NCBI GenBank assembly: GCA_965655095.1
Contig: OZ296649.1
Coordinates: forward strand, 49,600,001 to 49,664,000
Length of the DNA: 64,000 nt
From: Haplodiscus bocki
Taxonomy: Eukaryota
Direction: 5' to 3'
Below the pieces are notes generated by a model. The model was not told the DNA's origin. It saw nothing but the letters and a program-made list of their open reading frames with translations, and searched no databases. Positions 10,901-26,000 of this stretch are shown piece by piece. The number at the start of each line of letters is the position of its first letter. Position 1 is the stretch's first letter. A program made the translations under genes and the position numbers.

Positions 10901-13900
10901 GCAACTGACAAAAATTTAGTAAGTTGGCTGAAGCTTATGTTTCGTGCTCCAACAATTCAATTTTATGTTCAAAATTTCCTCCGGATAAAGATAATAAAAT
11001 AATTAAATAGTATTTAAAATAATAAATATGATAATAACAAAAATGTTGTCTCAAAAACATCAGACCAAGCATTTAATTTAATTATACTTAACAAACCTAG
11101 TCAATTATTAGAACAATAAACTCAGCAAAAACGCAAAAGCCGATTCGGAAAAATGTTGTGCTTGTGAATTTCTGAGGGAGGCACTCCTTCACGCAATCTG
11201 GATGTAGAATAAATATTCATAGCAGGAAAATATTCGTCGAAAGTCTGATTGCCGCAACAAATATTGGTTGAAAGTGTTTCATCTGCTTGTCGCACTCAGT
11301 TTCATACTTGCAGAGTAGCTCGTAAGACCAAGACGTGTTCCTAGTTACTGAACAATGTCAATTTTACGTACGAAGTGTCGGTGACCCATACCAAACAGTG
11401 ATTGCAAATGTTATCACGGAAAGAACAAGAGCCCTGTAGGTGATTGGTAATTCTACAGGCATATAATCATTACGTTCAAGTCTGTTGATTTGCCTCACCA
11501 ATTTTTCAGCCGTTACGCACATGTCTTTAATGTTTGCGTTGAATCTCTATTTTTCATCAATGATAATTTCCAGTAGTATAATTTCAACGAATTCACTCAA
11601 AATGTTTCACGAAGAAATTAGAAACTTTTACGTTTGAAGTAAATCAGGAGCTCTTCTTAAGTATTAGAATTCAGCATCATGCCATTTTGATGATCACACC
11701 ATTCCAAGATATCATCAATCAAAAGTTGGTTATACCGTTTATACCAGCTTTTCCAGCAAGTAGCGATCGTGAGAGCAGACAAGAAAAACGAGATTTTATA
11801 CAGTGTCTGGAGAGTGGCAGCATCATGATGTCGACGAAAGAATGCAAACGCGAAAACCCCCAGACATAGGGTTTTCTACGACGCCATTTCAACAGAACGG
11901 AAACGCCAAGGCTGATGAACCTTTGTTCAAGTTCACTGAGAGCATGGTCGACTATCTGTGTCGGACGGATTATGTGGGTAAGAAGTTGGAGCAGGCCAAT
12001 ACAGTGTATCACCTAGTTTGTCTTTCAACTTAATACAATATTTGAAAACTGTACGGTTGCACCATTCACCTTCAGATATCACTTGATTTCAAACTATATT
12101 TCACTATAACTGGCGTGTATTCATGATGGCAGTCGTAAAATGTAGCATAAGTGACTGGGTCAATTTATCAACACCGATGAGAAGCTGTGTTTCGCAACAC
12201 TCGCGGAAACGCAATACAAGTAAGAAAAGTCATAATCTTTTATTCGCTGGATTCTTTATATAAATTTACTAATTCTCCACCGGCAATGACACAGACAGTA
12301 GAGCATACAGGATTTTAGTGGTCGGGACTGGGGACTGAAGGCATTCGATTTGAGCAAGTTCACTGGACAAAGTACTACCAGACTGGAAGATCCGGAGACA
12401 GAATTTCATCGAGGACAGTGTGAGAAATCACTGTACAGCAATTAGAGGCATCAGTTTTGACCCTTACTACAGGAAGAAGCTCAAGAACTTGGTCTCGCTT
12501 CTTCAAGGTTGCCTCAGAAATGTCGAAAGCATCATCATCTGGCACGCCGTAAAAAGTCACACCCTATCGGACTTACCACGTCTCCAACAACAAACAATTC
12601 ATTGTGTATGAATCGCGGAACATAATTATTACAATCCAGAACAAAATTCAAGGCATAGTCAACGTATAAAGGATACCCCTACCCGACATCAAACTACGGC
12701 TTCGAAAAATATGCATTCTAATTTTGAACCTTACAACAGGTCTGCTCCCAACAAAAGTACAAAAAAATGTTCAAAAGGATACAAATTTGTCACATTCACC
12801 GTCAGTTCACCCGGAAGGCAGCAGGCTTTTTCAAGTGGTGATCTAGAACAAGAGCCATTTGTTGGAGCCTGGTTAAGAAGAGCACATCAAAAAAAAGCAA
12901 ACCCGCACTAAAGAAAATTAGAGAAAGCGGCCAAAATTAAAAAGGTTAATCTTACTTCTGCTTTTCTATCACGTCTCTCCAAATGGTTACCTCGGCAACT
13001 GACAAAAATTTAGTAAGTTGGCTGAAGCTTATGTTTCGTGCTCCAACAATTCAATTTTATGTTCAAAATTTCCTCCGGATAAAGATAATAAAATAATTAA
13101 ATAGTATTTAAAATAATAATTATGATAATAACAAAAATGTTGTCTCAAAAACATCAGACCAAGCATTTAATTTAATTATACTTAACAAACCTAGTCAATT
13201 ATTAGAACAATAAACTCAGCAAAAACGCAAAAGCCGATTCGGTAAAATGTTGTGCTTGTGAATTTCTGAGGGAGGCACTCCTTCACGCAATCTGGATGTA
13301 GAATAAATATTCATAGCAGGAAAATATTCGTCGGAAGGCTGATTGCCGCAACAAATATTGGTTAAAAGTGTTTCATCTGCTTGTCGCACTCAGTTTCATA
13401 CTTGCAGAGTAGCTCGTAAGACCAAGACGTGTTCCTAGTTACTGAACAATGTCAATTTTACGTACGAAGTGTCGGTGACCCATACCAAACAGTGATTGCA
13501 AATGTTATCACGGAAAGAACAAGAGCCCTGTAGGTGATTGGTAATTCTACAGGCATATAATCATTACGTTCAAGTCTGTTGATTTGCCTCACCAATTTTT
13601 CAGCCGTTACGCACATGTCTTTAATGTTTGCGTTGAATCTCTATTTTTCATCAATGATAATTTCCAGTAGTATAATTTCAACGAATTCACTCAAAATGCT
13701 TCTCGAAGGTATTAGAAACTTTTACGTTTGAAGTAAATCAGGAGCTCTTCTTAAGTATTAGAATTCAGCATCATGCCACTTTGATGATCACACCATTCCA
13801 AGATATCATCAATCAAAAGTTGGTTATACCGTTTATACCAGCTTTTCCAGCAAGTAGCGATCGTGAGAGCAGACAAGAAAAACGAGATTTTATACAGTGT

Positions 13901-16546
13901 CTGGAGAGTGGCAGCATCATGATGTCGACGAAAGAATGCAAACGCGAAAACCCCCAGACATAGGGTTTTCTACGACGCCATTTCAACAGAACGGAAACGC
14001 CAAGGCTGATGAACCTTTGTTCAAGTTCACTGAGATCATGGTCGACTATTCGTGTCGGACGGAATATGAGTAAGAAGTTGGAGCAGGCCAATACAGTGTA
14101 TCACGTAGTTTGTCTTTCAACTTATTACAAAATTTGAAAACTGTACAGTTGCACCACTCACCTTCAGATATCACTGGATTGCAAAAACTATAATTCACTA
14201 TAACTGGCGTGTATTCATGATGGCAGTCGTAAAACGTAGCATAAGTGACTGGGTCAATTTATCAACACCGATGAGAAGCTGTGTTTCGCAACACCCGCGG
14301 AAACGCAATACAAGTAAGAAACGCCATAATCTTTTATTCGCTGGATACTTCACATAAAATTACTGTTTCTCCACCGGCAATGGCACAGACAGTAGAGCAT
14401 ACAAGATTTTAGTGGTCGGGACTGGGGACTGAAGGTATTCGATTTGAGCAAGTTCACTGGACAAAGTACTACCAGACTGGAAGATCCGGAGACAATTTCA
14501 TCGAGGACAGTCTGAGCAATCACTGTACAGCAATTAGAGGCATCAGTTTTGACCCTTACTACAGGAAGAAGCTCAAGAACTTGGTCTCGCTTCTTCAAGG
14601 TTGCCTCAGAAAGGTCGAAAGCATCATCATCTGGCACGCCTTGGTAAGTCACTCCTTATCGGCCCACGTCTCCAACAACAAACAATTCATTGTTTATGAA
14701 TCGCGGAACATAATTATTCCATTCCAGAACAAAATTCAAGCCATAGTCAACGTATAAAGGATACCCCTACCCGACATCAAACTACGGCTTCGAAAAATAT
14801 GCATTCTAATTTTGAACCTTACAACAGATCTGCTCCCAACAAAAGTACGAAAAAATGTTGGAAAGGATACAAATTTGTCACATTCACCGTCCGTTCACCT
14901 GGAAGGCAGCAGGATTTTTCAAGTGGTGATCTAGAACAAGAGCCATTCGTTCTTTGGAGCCTGGTTAAGAAGAGCAGATCAAAAAAAGCAAACCCGCTCT
15001 AAAGATAGAGAAAGCGGCCAAAATTAAAAAGGTTAATCTTACTTCTGCTTTTCTATCACGTCTCTCCAAATGGTTACCTCAGCAACTGACAAAAATTTAG
15101 TAAGTTGGCTGAAGCTTATGTTTCGTGCTCCAAAAATTCAATTTTGTGTTCAAAACTTCCTCCGGATAATGATAATAAAATAATTATATAGTATCTAAAA
15201 TAAAAAAAAATGATAATAACAATAATGTTGTCTCAAAAACATCAGACCAAGCATCTAAATTAATTATACTTAACAAACCTAGTCAATTATTAGAACAATA
15301 AACTCAGCAAAAACGCAAAAGCCGATTCGGAAAAATGTTGTGCTCGTGAATTTCTGAGGGAGGCACTCCTTCACACAATCTGGATGTAGAATAAATATTC
15401 ATAGCAGGAATATATTCGTCGAAAGTCTGATCGCCGCAACAAATATTGTCTAAAAGTGTTTCATCTGCTTGTCGCACTCAGTTTCATACTTGCAGAGTTG
15501 ATCGTAAGACCAAGACGTGTTCCTAGTTACTGAACAATGTCAATTTTACGTACGAAGTGTCGGTGACCCATACCAAAAAGTGATTGCAAATGTTATCACG
15601 GAAAGATCAAAAGCCCTGTAGGTGATTGGTAATTCTACAGGCATATAATCAATACGTTCAAGTCTGTTGATTTGCCTCACCAATTTTTTAGCCGTTACGC
15701 AGATGTCTTCAATATTTGCGTTGAATCTCTATTTTTCATCAATGATAATTTCCAGTAGTATAATTTCAACGAATTCACTCAAAATGTTTCACGAAGAAAT
15801 TAGAAACTTTTACGTTTGAAGTAAATCACGAGCTCTTCTTAAGTATTAGAATTCAGCATCATGCCATTTTGATGATCACACCATTCCAAAATATCATCAA
15901 TCATAAGTTGGTTATACCGTTTATACCATCTTTTCCAGCAAGTAGCGATCATGAGAGCAGACAAGAAAAACGAGATTTTATACAGTGTCTGGAGAGTGGC
16001 AGCATCATGATGTCGACGAAAGAATGCAAACGCGAAAACCCCCAGACATAGGGTTTTCTACGACGCCATTTCAACAGAACGGAAACGCCAAGGCTGATGA
16101 ACCTTTGTTCAAGTTCACTGAGAGCATGGTCGACTATCTGTGTCGGACGGATTATGTGGGTAAGAAGTTGGAGCAGGCCAATACAGTGTATCACCTAGTT
16201 TGTCTTTCAACTTATTACAAAATTTGAAAACTGTACGGTTGCACCACTCACCTTCAGATATCACTGGATTGCAAAAACTATAATTCACTATAACTGGCGT
16301 GTATTCATGATGGCAGTCGTAAAATGGAGCATAAGTGACTGGGTCAATTTATCAACACCGATGAGAAGCTGTGTTTCGCAACACTCGCGGAAACGCAATA
16401 CAAGTAAGAAAAGTCATAATCTTTTATTCGCTGGATTCTTTATATAAGTTCACTAATTCTCCACCGGCAATGGCACAGACAGTAGAGCATACAAGATTTT
16501 AGTGGTCGGGACTGGGGACTGAAGGTATTCGATTTGAGCAAGTTCA

Positions 16547-17026
16547 ATGGACAAAGTACTACCAGACTGGAAGATCCGGAGACAGAATTTCATCGAGGAC
16601 AGTCTGAGCAATCACTGTACAGCAATTAGAGGCATCAGTTTTGACCTTTACTACAGGAAGAAGCTCAAGAACTTAGTCTCGCTTCTTCAAGGTTGCCTCA
16701 GAAATGTCGAAACCATCATCATCTGGCACGCCGTGGTAAGTCACTCCTTATCGGCCCACGTCTCCAACAACAAACAATTCATTGTGTATGAATCGCGGAA
16801 CATAATTATTCCATTCCAGAACAAAATTCAAGCCATAGTCAACGTAAAAAGGATACCCCTACCCGACATCAAACTACGGCTTCGAAAAATATGCATTCTA
16901 ATTTTGAACCTTACAACAGATCTGCTCCCAACAAAAGTACAAAAAAATGTTCGAAAGGATACAAATTTGTCACATTCACCGTCCGTTCATCTGGAAGGCA
17001 GCAGGATTTTTCAAGTGGTGATCTAG
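16547..17026 (+). other. 159-aa open SGNH-like ORF unique to unit 6
   Basis: Unit 6 has TCAATG (others TCACTG or TCGCTG) and GTAAAA (others GTATAA), giving the longest ORF in the array. Confidence 0.3.
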
Positions 17027-20000
17027 AACAAGAGCCATTCGTTGTTTGGAGTCTGGTTAAGAAGAGCAGATCAAAAAAAAAAGCAAACCCGCTCTAAAGA
17101 AAATTAGAGAAAGCGGCCAAAATTAAAAAGGTTAATCTCACTTCTGCTTTTCTATCACGTCTCTCTAAATGGTTACCTCGGCAGCTGACGAAAATTTAGT
17201 AAGTTGGCTGAAGCTTATGTTTCGTGCTCCAAAAATTCAATTTTATAATCAAAAATTGCTCCGGATAATGATAAAAAAATAATTAAATAGTATTTAAAAT
17301 AATAAATATGATAATAACAATAATGTTGTCTCAAAAACATCAGACCACGCATCTGATTTAATTATACTTAACAAACCTAGTCAATTATTAGAACAATAAA
17401 CTCAGCAAAAACGCAAAAATCGATTCGGAAAAATGTTGTGCTTGTGAATTTCTGAGGGAGGCACTCATTCACGCAATCTGGATGTAGAATAAAATTAATA
17501 GCAGGAATATATTCGTCGAAAGTCTGATTGCGGCAACAAATATTGTTTAAAAGTGTTTCATCTGCTTGTCGCACTCAGTTTCATACTTGCAGAGTTGCTC
17601 GTAAGACCAAGACGTGTTCCTAGTTACTGAACAATGTCAATTTTACGTACGAAGTGTCGGTGACCCATACCAAACAGTGATTGCAAATGTTATCACGGAA
17701 AGAACAAAAGCCCTGTAGGTGATTGGTAATTCTACAGGCATATAATCATTACGTTCAAGTCTGTTGATTTGCCTCACCAATTTTTCAGCCGTTACGCACA
17801 TGTCTTAAATATTTGCGTTGAATCTCTATTTTTCATCAATGATAAGTTCCAGTAGTATAATTTCAACGAATTCACTCAAAATGTTTCACGAAGGTATTAG
17901 AAAATTTTACGTTTGAAGTAAAACACGAGCTTTTCTTAAGTATTAGAATTCAGCATCAAGCCATTTTGATTATCACACCATTCCAAAATATCATCAATCA
18001 TAAATTGGTTATACCGTTTATACCATCTTTTCCAGCAAGTAGCGATCGTGAGAGCAGACAAGAAAAACGAGATTTTATACAGTGTCTGGAGAGTGGCAGC
18101 ATCATGATGTCGACGAAAGAATGCAAACGCGAAAACCCCCAGACATAGGGTTTTCTACGACGCCATTTCAACAGAACGGAAACGCCAAGGCTGATGAACC
18201 TTTGTTCAAGTTCACTGAGAGCATGGTCGACTATCTGTGTCGGACGGATTATGTGGGTAAGAAGTTGGAGCAGGCCAATACAGTGTATCACCTAGTTTGT
18301 CTTTCAACTTATTACAAAATTTGAAAACTGTACGGTTGCACCACTCACCTTCAGATATCACTGGATTGCAAAAACTATAATTCACTATAACTGGCGTGTA
18401 TTCATGATGGCAGTCGTAAAATGTAGCATAATTGACTGGGTCAATTTATTAACACAGATAAGAAGCTGTGCTTCGCAACACTCGCGGAAACGCAATACAA
18501 GTAAGAAACGCCATAATCTTTTATTCGCTGGATACTTTTTATAAAATTACTGTTTCTCCACCGGCAATGGCACAGACAGTAGAGCATACAAGATTTTAGT
18601 GGTCGGGACTGGGGACTGAAGGCATTCGATTTGAGCAAGTTCACTGGACAAAGTACTACCAGACTGGAAGATCCGGAGACAGAATTTCATCGAGGACAGT
18701 CTGAGCAATCACTGTACAGCAATTAGAGGCATCAGTTTTGACCCTTACTACAGGAAGAAGCTCAAGAACTTGGTCTTGCTTCTTCAAGGTTGCCTCAGAA
18801 AGGTCGAAAGCATCATCATCTGGCACGCCTTGGTAAGTCACCCGTTATCGGCCCACGTCTCCAACAAACAATTCATTGTGTATGAATCGCGGAACATAAT
18901 TATTCCATTCCAGAACAAAATTCAAGCCATAGTCAACGTATAAAGGATACCCCTACCCGACATCAAACTACGGCTTCGAAAAATATGCATTCTAATTTTG
19001 AACCTTACAACAGATCTGCTCCCAACAAAAGTACGAAAAAATGTTCGAAAGGATACAAATTTGTCACATTCACCGTCCGTTCACCTGGAAGGCAGCAGGA
19101 TTTTTCAAGTGGTGATCTAGAACAAGAGCCATTCGTTGTTTGGAGCCTGGTTAAGAAGAGCAGATCAAAAAAAAGCAAACCCGCTCTAAAGATAGAAAGC
19201 GGCCAAAATTAAAAAGGTTAATCTTACTTCTGCTTTTCTATCACGTCTCTCCAAATGGTTACCTCGGCAACTGACAAAAATTTAGTAAGTTGGCTGAAGC
19301 TTATGTTTCGTGCTCCAAAAATTCAAGTTTATGTTCAAAGTTTTCCCCGGATAATGATAAAAAAATAATTGAATAGTATTTAAAATAATAAATATGATAA
19401 CAAAAATGTCTCAAAAACATCAGACCACACATCTGATTTAATTATACTTAACAAACCTAGTCAATTATTAGAACAATAAACTCAGCAAAAACGCAAAAAT
19501 CGATTCAAAAAATGTTGTGCTTGTGAAATTCTGAGGGAGGCACTCCTTCACGCAATCTGGATGTAGAATAAATATTCATAGCAGGAATATATTCGTCGAA
19601 AGTCTGATTGCCGCAACAAATATTGTTTAAAAGTGTTTCATCTGCTTGTCGCACTCAGTTTCATACTTGCAGAGTTGCTCGTAAGACCAGGACGTGTTCC
19701 TAGTTACTGAACAATGTCAATTTTACGTACGAAGTGTCGGTGACCCATACCAAAAAGTGATTGCAAATGTTATCACGGAAAGAACAAAAGCCCTGTAGGT
19801 GATTGGTAATTCTACAGGCATATAATCAATACGTTCAAGTCTGTTGATTTGCCTCACCAATTTTTTAGCCGTTACGCACATGTCTTTATTATTTGCGTTG
19901 AATCTCTATTTTTCATCAATCATAATTTCCAGTAGTATAATTTCACCGAATTCACTCAAAATGTTTCATGAAGAAATCAGAAACTTTTACGTTTGAAGTA

Positions 20001-23000
20001 AATCACGAGCACTTCTTAAGTATTAGAATTCAGCATCAAGCCATTTTGATTATCACACCATTCCAAAATATCATCAATCATAAGTTGGTTATACCGTTTA
20101 TACCATCTTTTCCAGCAAGTAGCGATCGTGAGAGCAGACAAGAAAAACGAGATTTTATACAGTGTCTGGAGAGTGGCAGCATCATGATGTCGACGAAAGA
20201 ATGCAAACGCGAAAACCCCCAGACATAGGGTTTTCTACGACGCCATTTCAACAGAACGGAAACGCCAAGGCTGATGAACCTTTGTTCAAGTTCACTGAGA
20301 GCATGGTCGACTATCTGTGTCGGACGGATTATGTGGGTAAGAAGTTGGAGCAGGCCAATACAGTGTATCACCTAGTTTGTCTTTCAACTTCTTACAAAAT
20401 TTGAAAACTGTACGGTTGCACCACTCACCTTCAGATATCACTGGATTGCAAAAACTATAATTCACTATAACTGGCGTGTATTCATGATGGCAGTCGTAAA
20501 ATGTAGCATAAGTGACTGGGTCAAATTATCAACACCGATACAAGTAAGAAAAGTCATAATCTTTTATTCGCTGGATTCTTTATATAAATTTACTAATTCT
20601 CCACCGGCAATGGCACAGACAGTAGAGCATACAGGATTTTAGTGGTCGGGACTGGGGACTGAAGGTATTCGATTTGAGCAAGTTCACTGGACAAAGTACT
20701 ACCAGACTGGAAGATCCGGAGACAGAATTTCATCGAGGACAGCGTGAGCAATCACTGTAGAGCAAATAGAGGCATCAGTTTTGACCTTTAATACAGGAAG
20801 AAGCTCAAGAACTTAGTCTCGCTTCTTCAAGGTTGCCTCAGAAATGTCGAAACCATCATCATCTGGCACGCCGTGGTAAGTCACTTCTTATCGGCCCACG
20901 TCTCCAACAACAAACAATTCATTGTGTATGAATCGCGGAACATAATTATTCCATTCCAGAACAAAATTCAAGCCATAGTCAACGTATAAAGGATACCCCT
21001 ACCCGACATCAAACTACGGCTTCGAAAAATATGCATTCTAATTTTGAACCTTACAACAGATCTGCTCCCAACAAAAGTACAAAAAAATGTTCGAAAGGAT
21101 ACAAATATGTCACATTCACCGTCAGTTCACCTGGAAGACAGCAGGATTTTTCAAGTGGTGATCTAGAACAAGAGCCATTTGTTGTTTGGAGCCTGGTTAA
21201 GAAGAGCAGATCAAAAAAAGCAAACCCGCTCTAAAGAAAATTAGAGAAAGCGGCCAAAATTAAAAAGGTTAATCTTACTTCTGCTTTTCTATCACGTCTC
21301 TCCAAATGGTTACCTCGGCAACTGACAAAAATTTAGCAAGTTGGCTGAAGCTTATGTTTCGTGCTCCAAAAATTCAATTTTATAATCAAAATTTCCACCG
21401 GATAATGATAAAAAAATAATTAAATAGTATTTAAAACAATAAATATGATAATAACAATAATGTTGTCTCAAAAACATCAGACCACGCATCTGATTTAATA
21501 ATACTTAACAAACCTAGTCAATCATTAGAACAATAAACTCAGCAAAAACGCAAAAATCGATTCGGAAAAATGTTGTGCTTGTGAATTTCTGAGGGAGGCA
21601 CTCCTTCACGCAATCTGGATGTAGAATAAATATTCATAGCAGGAATATATTCGTCGAAAGTCTGATTGCGGCAACAAATATTGTTTAAAAGCCTTTCATC
21701 TGCTTTTCCCACTCAGTTTCATACCTGCAGAGTTGCTCGTAAGACCAAGACGTGTTCCTAGTTACTGAACAATGTCAATTTTACGTACGAAGTGTCGGTG
21801 ACCCATACCAAACAGTGATTGCAAATGTTATCACGGAAAGAACAAAAGCCCTGTAGGTGATTGGTAATTCTACAGGCATATAATCATTACGTTCAAGTCT
21901 GTTGATTTGCCTCACCAATTTTTAGCCGTTACGCACATGTCTTAAATATTTGCGTTGAATCTCTATTTTTCATCAATGATAATTTCCAGTAGTATAATTT
22001 CAACGAATTCACTCAAAATGTTTCACGAAGGTATTAGAAACTTTTACGTTTGAAGTAAATCACGAGCTCTTCTTAAGTATTAGAATTCAGCATCAAGCCA
22101 TTTTGATTATCACACCATTACAAAAAATCATCAATCATAAGTTGGTTATACCGTTTATACCATCTTTTCCAGCAAGTAGCGATCGTGAGAGCAGACAAGA
22201 AAAACGAGATTTTATACACTGTCTGGAGAGTGGCAGCATCATGATGTCGACGAAAGAATGCAAACGCGAAAACCCCCAGACATAGGGTTTTCTACGACGC
22301 CATTTCAACAGAACGGAAACGCCAAGGCTGATGAACCTTTGTTCAAGTTCACTGAGAGCATGGTCGACTATCTGTGTCGGACGGATTATGTGGGTAAGAA
22401 GTTGGAGCAGGCCAATACAGTGTATCACCTAGTTTGTCTTTCAACTTATTACAAAATTTGAAAACTGTACGGTTGCACCACTCACCTTCAGATATCACTG
22501 GATTGCAAAAACAATAATTCACTATAACTGGCGTGTATCCATGATAGCAGTCGTAAAATGTAGCATAATTGACTGGGTCAATTTAGTAACACAGATGAGA
22601 AGCTGTGCTTCGCAACACTCGCGGAAACGCAATACAAGTAAGAAACGCCATAATCTTTTATTCGCTGGATACTTTTTATAAAATTACTGTTTCTCCACCG
22701 GCAATGGCACAGACAGTAGAGCATACAAGATTTTAGTGGTCGGGACAGGGGACTGAAGGCATTCGATTTGAGCAAGTTCGCTGGACAAAGTACTACCAGA
22801 CTGGAAGATCCGGAGACAGAATTTCATCGAGGACAGTCTGAGCAATCACTGTACAGCAATTAGAGGCATCAGTTTTGACCCTTACTACAGGAAGAAGCTC
22901 AAGAACTTGGTCTTGCTTCTTCAAGGTTGCCTCAGAAAGGTCGAAAGCATCATCATCTGGCACGCCTTGGTAAGTCACCCGTTATCGGCCCACGTCTCCA

Positions 23001-26000
23001 ACAAACAATTCATTGTGTATGAATCGCGGAACATAATTATTCCATTCCAGAACAAAATTCAAGCCATAGTCAACGTATAAAGGATACCCCTACCCGACAT
23101 CAAACTACGGCTTCGAAAAATATGCATTCTAATTTTGAACCTTACAACAGATCTGCTCCCAACAAAAGTACGAAAAAATGTTCGAAAGGATACAAATTTG
23201 TCACATTCACCGTCCGTTCACCTGGAAGGCAGCAGGATTTTTCAAGTGGTGATCTAGAACAAGAGCCATTCGTTGTTTGGAGCCTGGTTAAGAAGAGCAG
23301 ATCAAAAAAAAGCAAACCCGCTCTAAAGATAGAGAAAGCGGCCAAAATTAAAAAGGTTAATCTTACTTCTGCTTTTCTATCACGTCTCTCCAAATGGTTA
23401 CCTCAGCAACTGACAAAAATTTAGTAAGTTGGCTGAAGCTTATGTTTCGTGCTCCAAAAATTCAATTTTATGTTCAAAATTTCCTCCGGATAATAAAAAA
23501 ATAATTAAATAGTATTTAAAATAATAAATATGATAATAACAAAAATGTTGTCTCAAAAACATCAGACAACGCATCTGATTTAATTATACTTAACAAACCT
23601 AGTCAATTATTAGAACAATAAACTCAGCAAAAACGCAAAAATCGATTCGGAAAAATGTTGTGCTTGTGAATTTCTGAGGGAGGCACTCCTTCACGCAATC
23701 TGGATGTAGAATAAATATTCATAGCAGGAATATATTCGTCGAAAGTCTGATTGCCGCAACAAATATTGTTTAAAAGAGTTTCATCTGCTTGTCGCACTCA
23801 GTTTCATACTTGCAGAGTTGCTCGTAAGACCAAGACGTGTTCCTAGTTACTGAACAATGTCAATTTTACGTACGAAGTGTCGGTGACCCATACCAAACAG
23901 TGATTGCAAATGTTACCACGGAAAGAACAAAAGCCCTGTAGGTGATTGGTAATTCTACAGGCATATAATCATTACGTTCAAGTCTGTTGATTTGCCTCAT
24001 CAATTTTTTAGCCGTTACGCACATGTATTAAATATTTGCGTTGAATCTCTATTTTTCATCAATGATAATTTCCAGTAGTATAATTTCAACGAATTCACTC
24101 AAAATTTTTCACGAAGAAATTAGAAACTTTTACGTTTGAAGTAAATCACGAGCTCTTCTTAAGTATTAGAATTCAGCATCATGCCATTTTGATGATCACA
24201 CCATTCCAAAATATCATCAATCATCAGTTGGTTATACCGTTTATACCATCTTTTCCAGCAAGTAGCGATCGTGAGAGCAGACAAGAAAAACGAGATTTTA
24301 TACAGTGTCTGGAGAGTGGCAGCATCATGATGTCGACGAAAGAATGCAAACGCGAAAACCCCCAGACATAGGGTTTTCTACGACGCCATTTCAACAGAAC
24401 GGAAACGCCAAGGCTGATGAACCTTTGTTCAAGTTCACTGAGAGCATGGTCGACTATCTGTGTCGGACGGATTATGTGGGTAAGAAGTTGGAGCAGGCCA
24501 ATACAGTGTATCACCTAGTTTGTCTTTCAACTTATTACAAAATTTGAAAACTGTACGGTTGCACCACTCACCTTCAGATATCACTGGATTGCAAAAACTA
24601 TAATTCACTATAACTGGCGTGTATTCATGATGGCAGTCGTAAAATGTAGCATAAGTGACTGGGTCAATTTATCAACACCGATGAGAAGCTGTGTTTCGCA
24701 ACACTCGCGGAAACGCTATACAAGTAAGAAAAGTCATAATCTTTTATTCGCTGGATTCTTTATATAAATTTACTAATTCTCCACCGGCAATGGCACAGAC
24801 AGTAGAGCATACAGGATTTTAGTGGTCGGGACTGGGGACTGAAGGTATTCGATTTGAGCAAGTTCACTGGACAAAGTACTACCAGACTGGAAGATCCGGA
24901 GACAGAATTTCATCGAGGACAGCGTGAGCAATCACTGTACAGCAATTAGAGGCATCAGTTTTGACCTTTACTACAGGAAGAAGCTCAAGAACTTAGTCTC
25001 GCTTCTTCAAGGTTGCCTCAGAAATGTCGAAAGCATCATCATCTGGCACGCCGTGGTAAGTCACTCCTTATCGGCCCACGTCTCCAACAAACAATTCATG
25101 GTGTATGAATCGCGGAACATAATTATTACATTCCAGAACAAAATTCAAGCCATAGTCAACGTATAAAGGATACCCCTACCCGACATCAAACTACGGCTTC
25201 GAAAAATACGCATTCTAATTTTGAACCTTACAACAGATCTGCTCCCAACAAAAGTACAAAAAAATGTTCGAAAGCATACAAATTTGTCACATTCACCGTC
25301 AGTTCACCTGGAAGACAGCAGGATTTTTCAAGTGGTGATCTAGAACAAGAGCCATTTGTTGGAGCCTGGTTAAGAAGAGCAGATCAAAAAAAAGCAAACC
25401 CGCTCTAAAGATAGAGAAAGCGGCCAAAATTAAAAAGGTTAATCTTACTTCTGCTTTTCTATCACGTCTCTCCAAATGGTTACCTCAGCAACTGACAAAA
25501 ATTTAGTAAGTTGGCTGAAGCTTATGTTTCGTGCTCCAAAAATTCAATTTTATGTTCAAAATTTCCTCCGGATAATGATAAAAAAATAATTAAATAGTAT
25601 TTAAAATAATAAATATGATAATAACAAAAATGTTGTCTCAAAAACATCAGACAACGCATCTGATTTAATTATACTTAACAAACCTAGTCAATTATTAGAA
25701 CAATAAACTCAGCAAAAACGCAAAAATCGATTCGGAAAAATGTTGTGCTTGTGAATTTCTGAGGGAGGCACTCCTTCACGCAATCTGGATGTAGAATAAA
25801 TATTCATAGCAGGAATATATTCGTCGAAAGTCTGATTGCCGCAACAAATATTGTTTAAAAGAGTTTCATCTGCTTGTCGCACTCAGTTTCATACTTGCAG
25901 AGTTGCTCGTAAGACCAAGACGTGTTCCTAGTTACTGAACAATGTCAATTTTACGTACGAAGTGTCGGTGACCCATACCAAACAGTGATTGCAAATGTTA

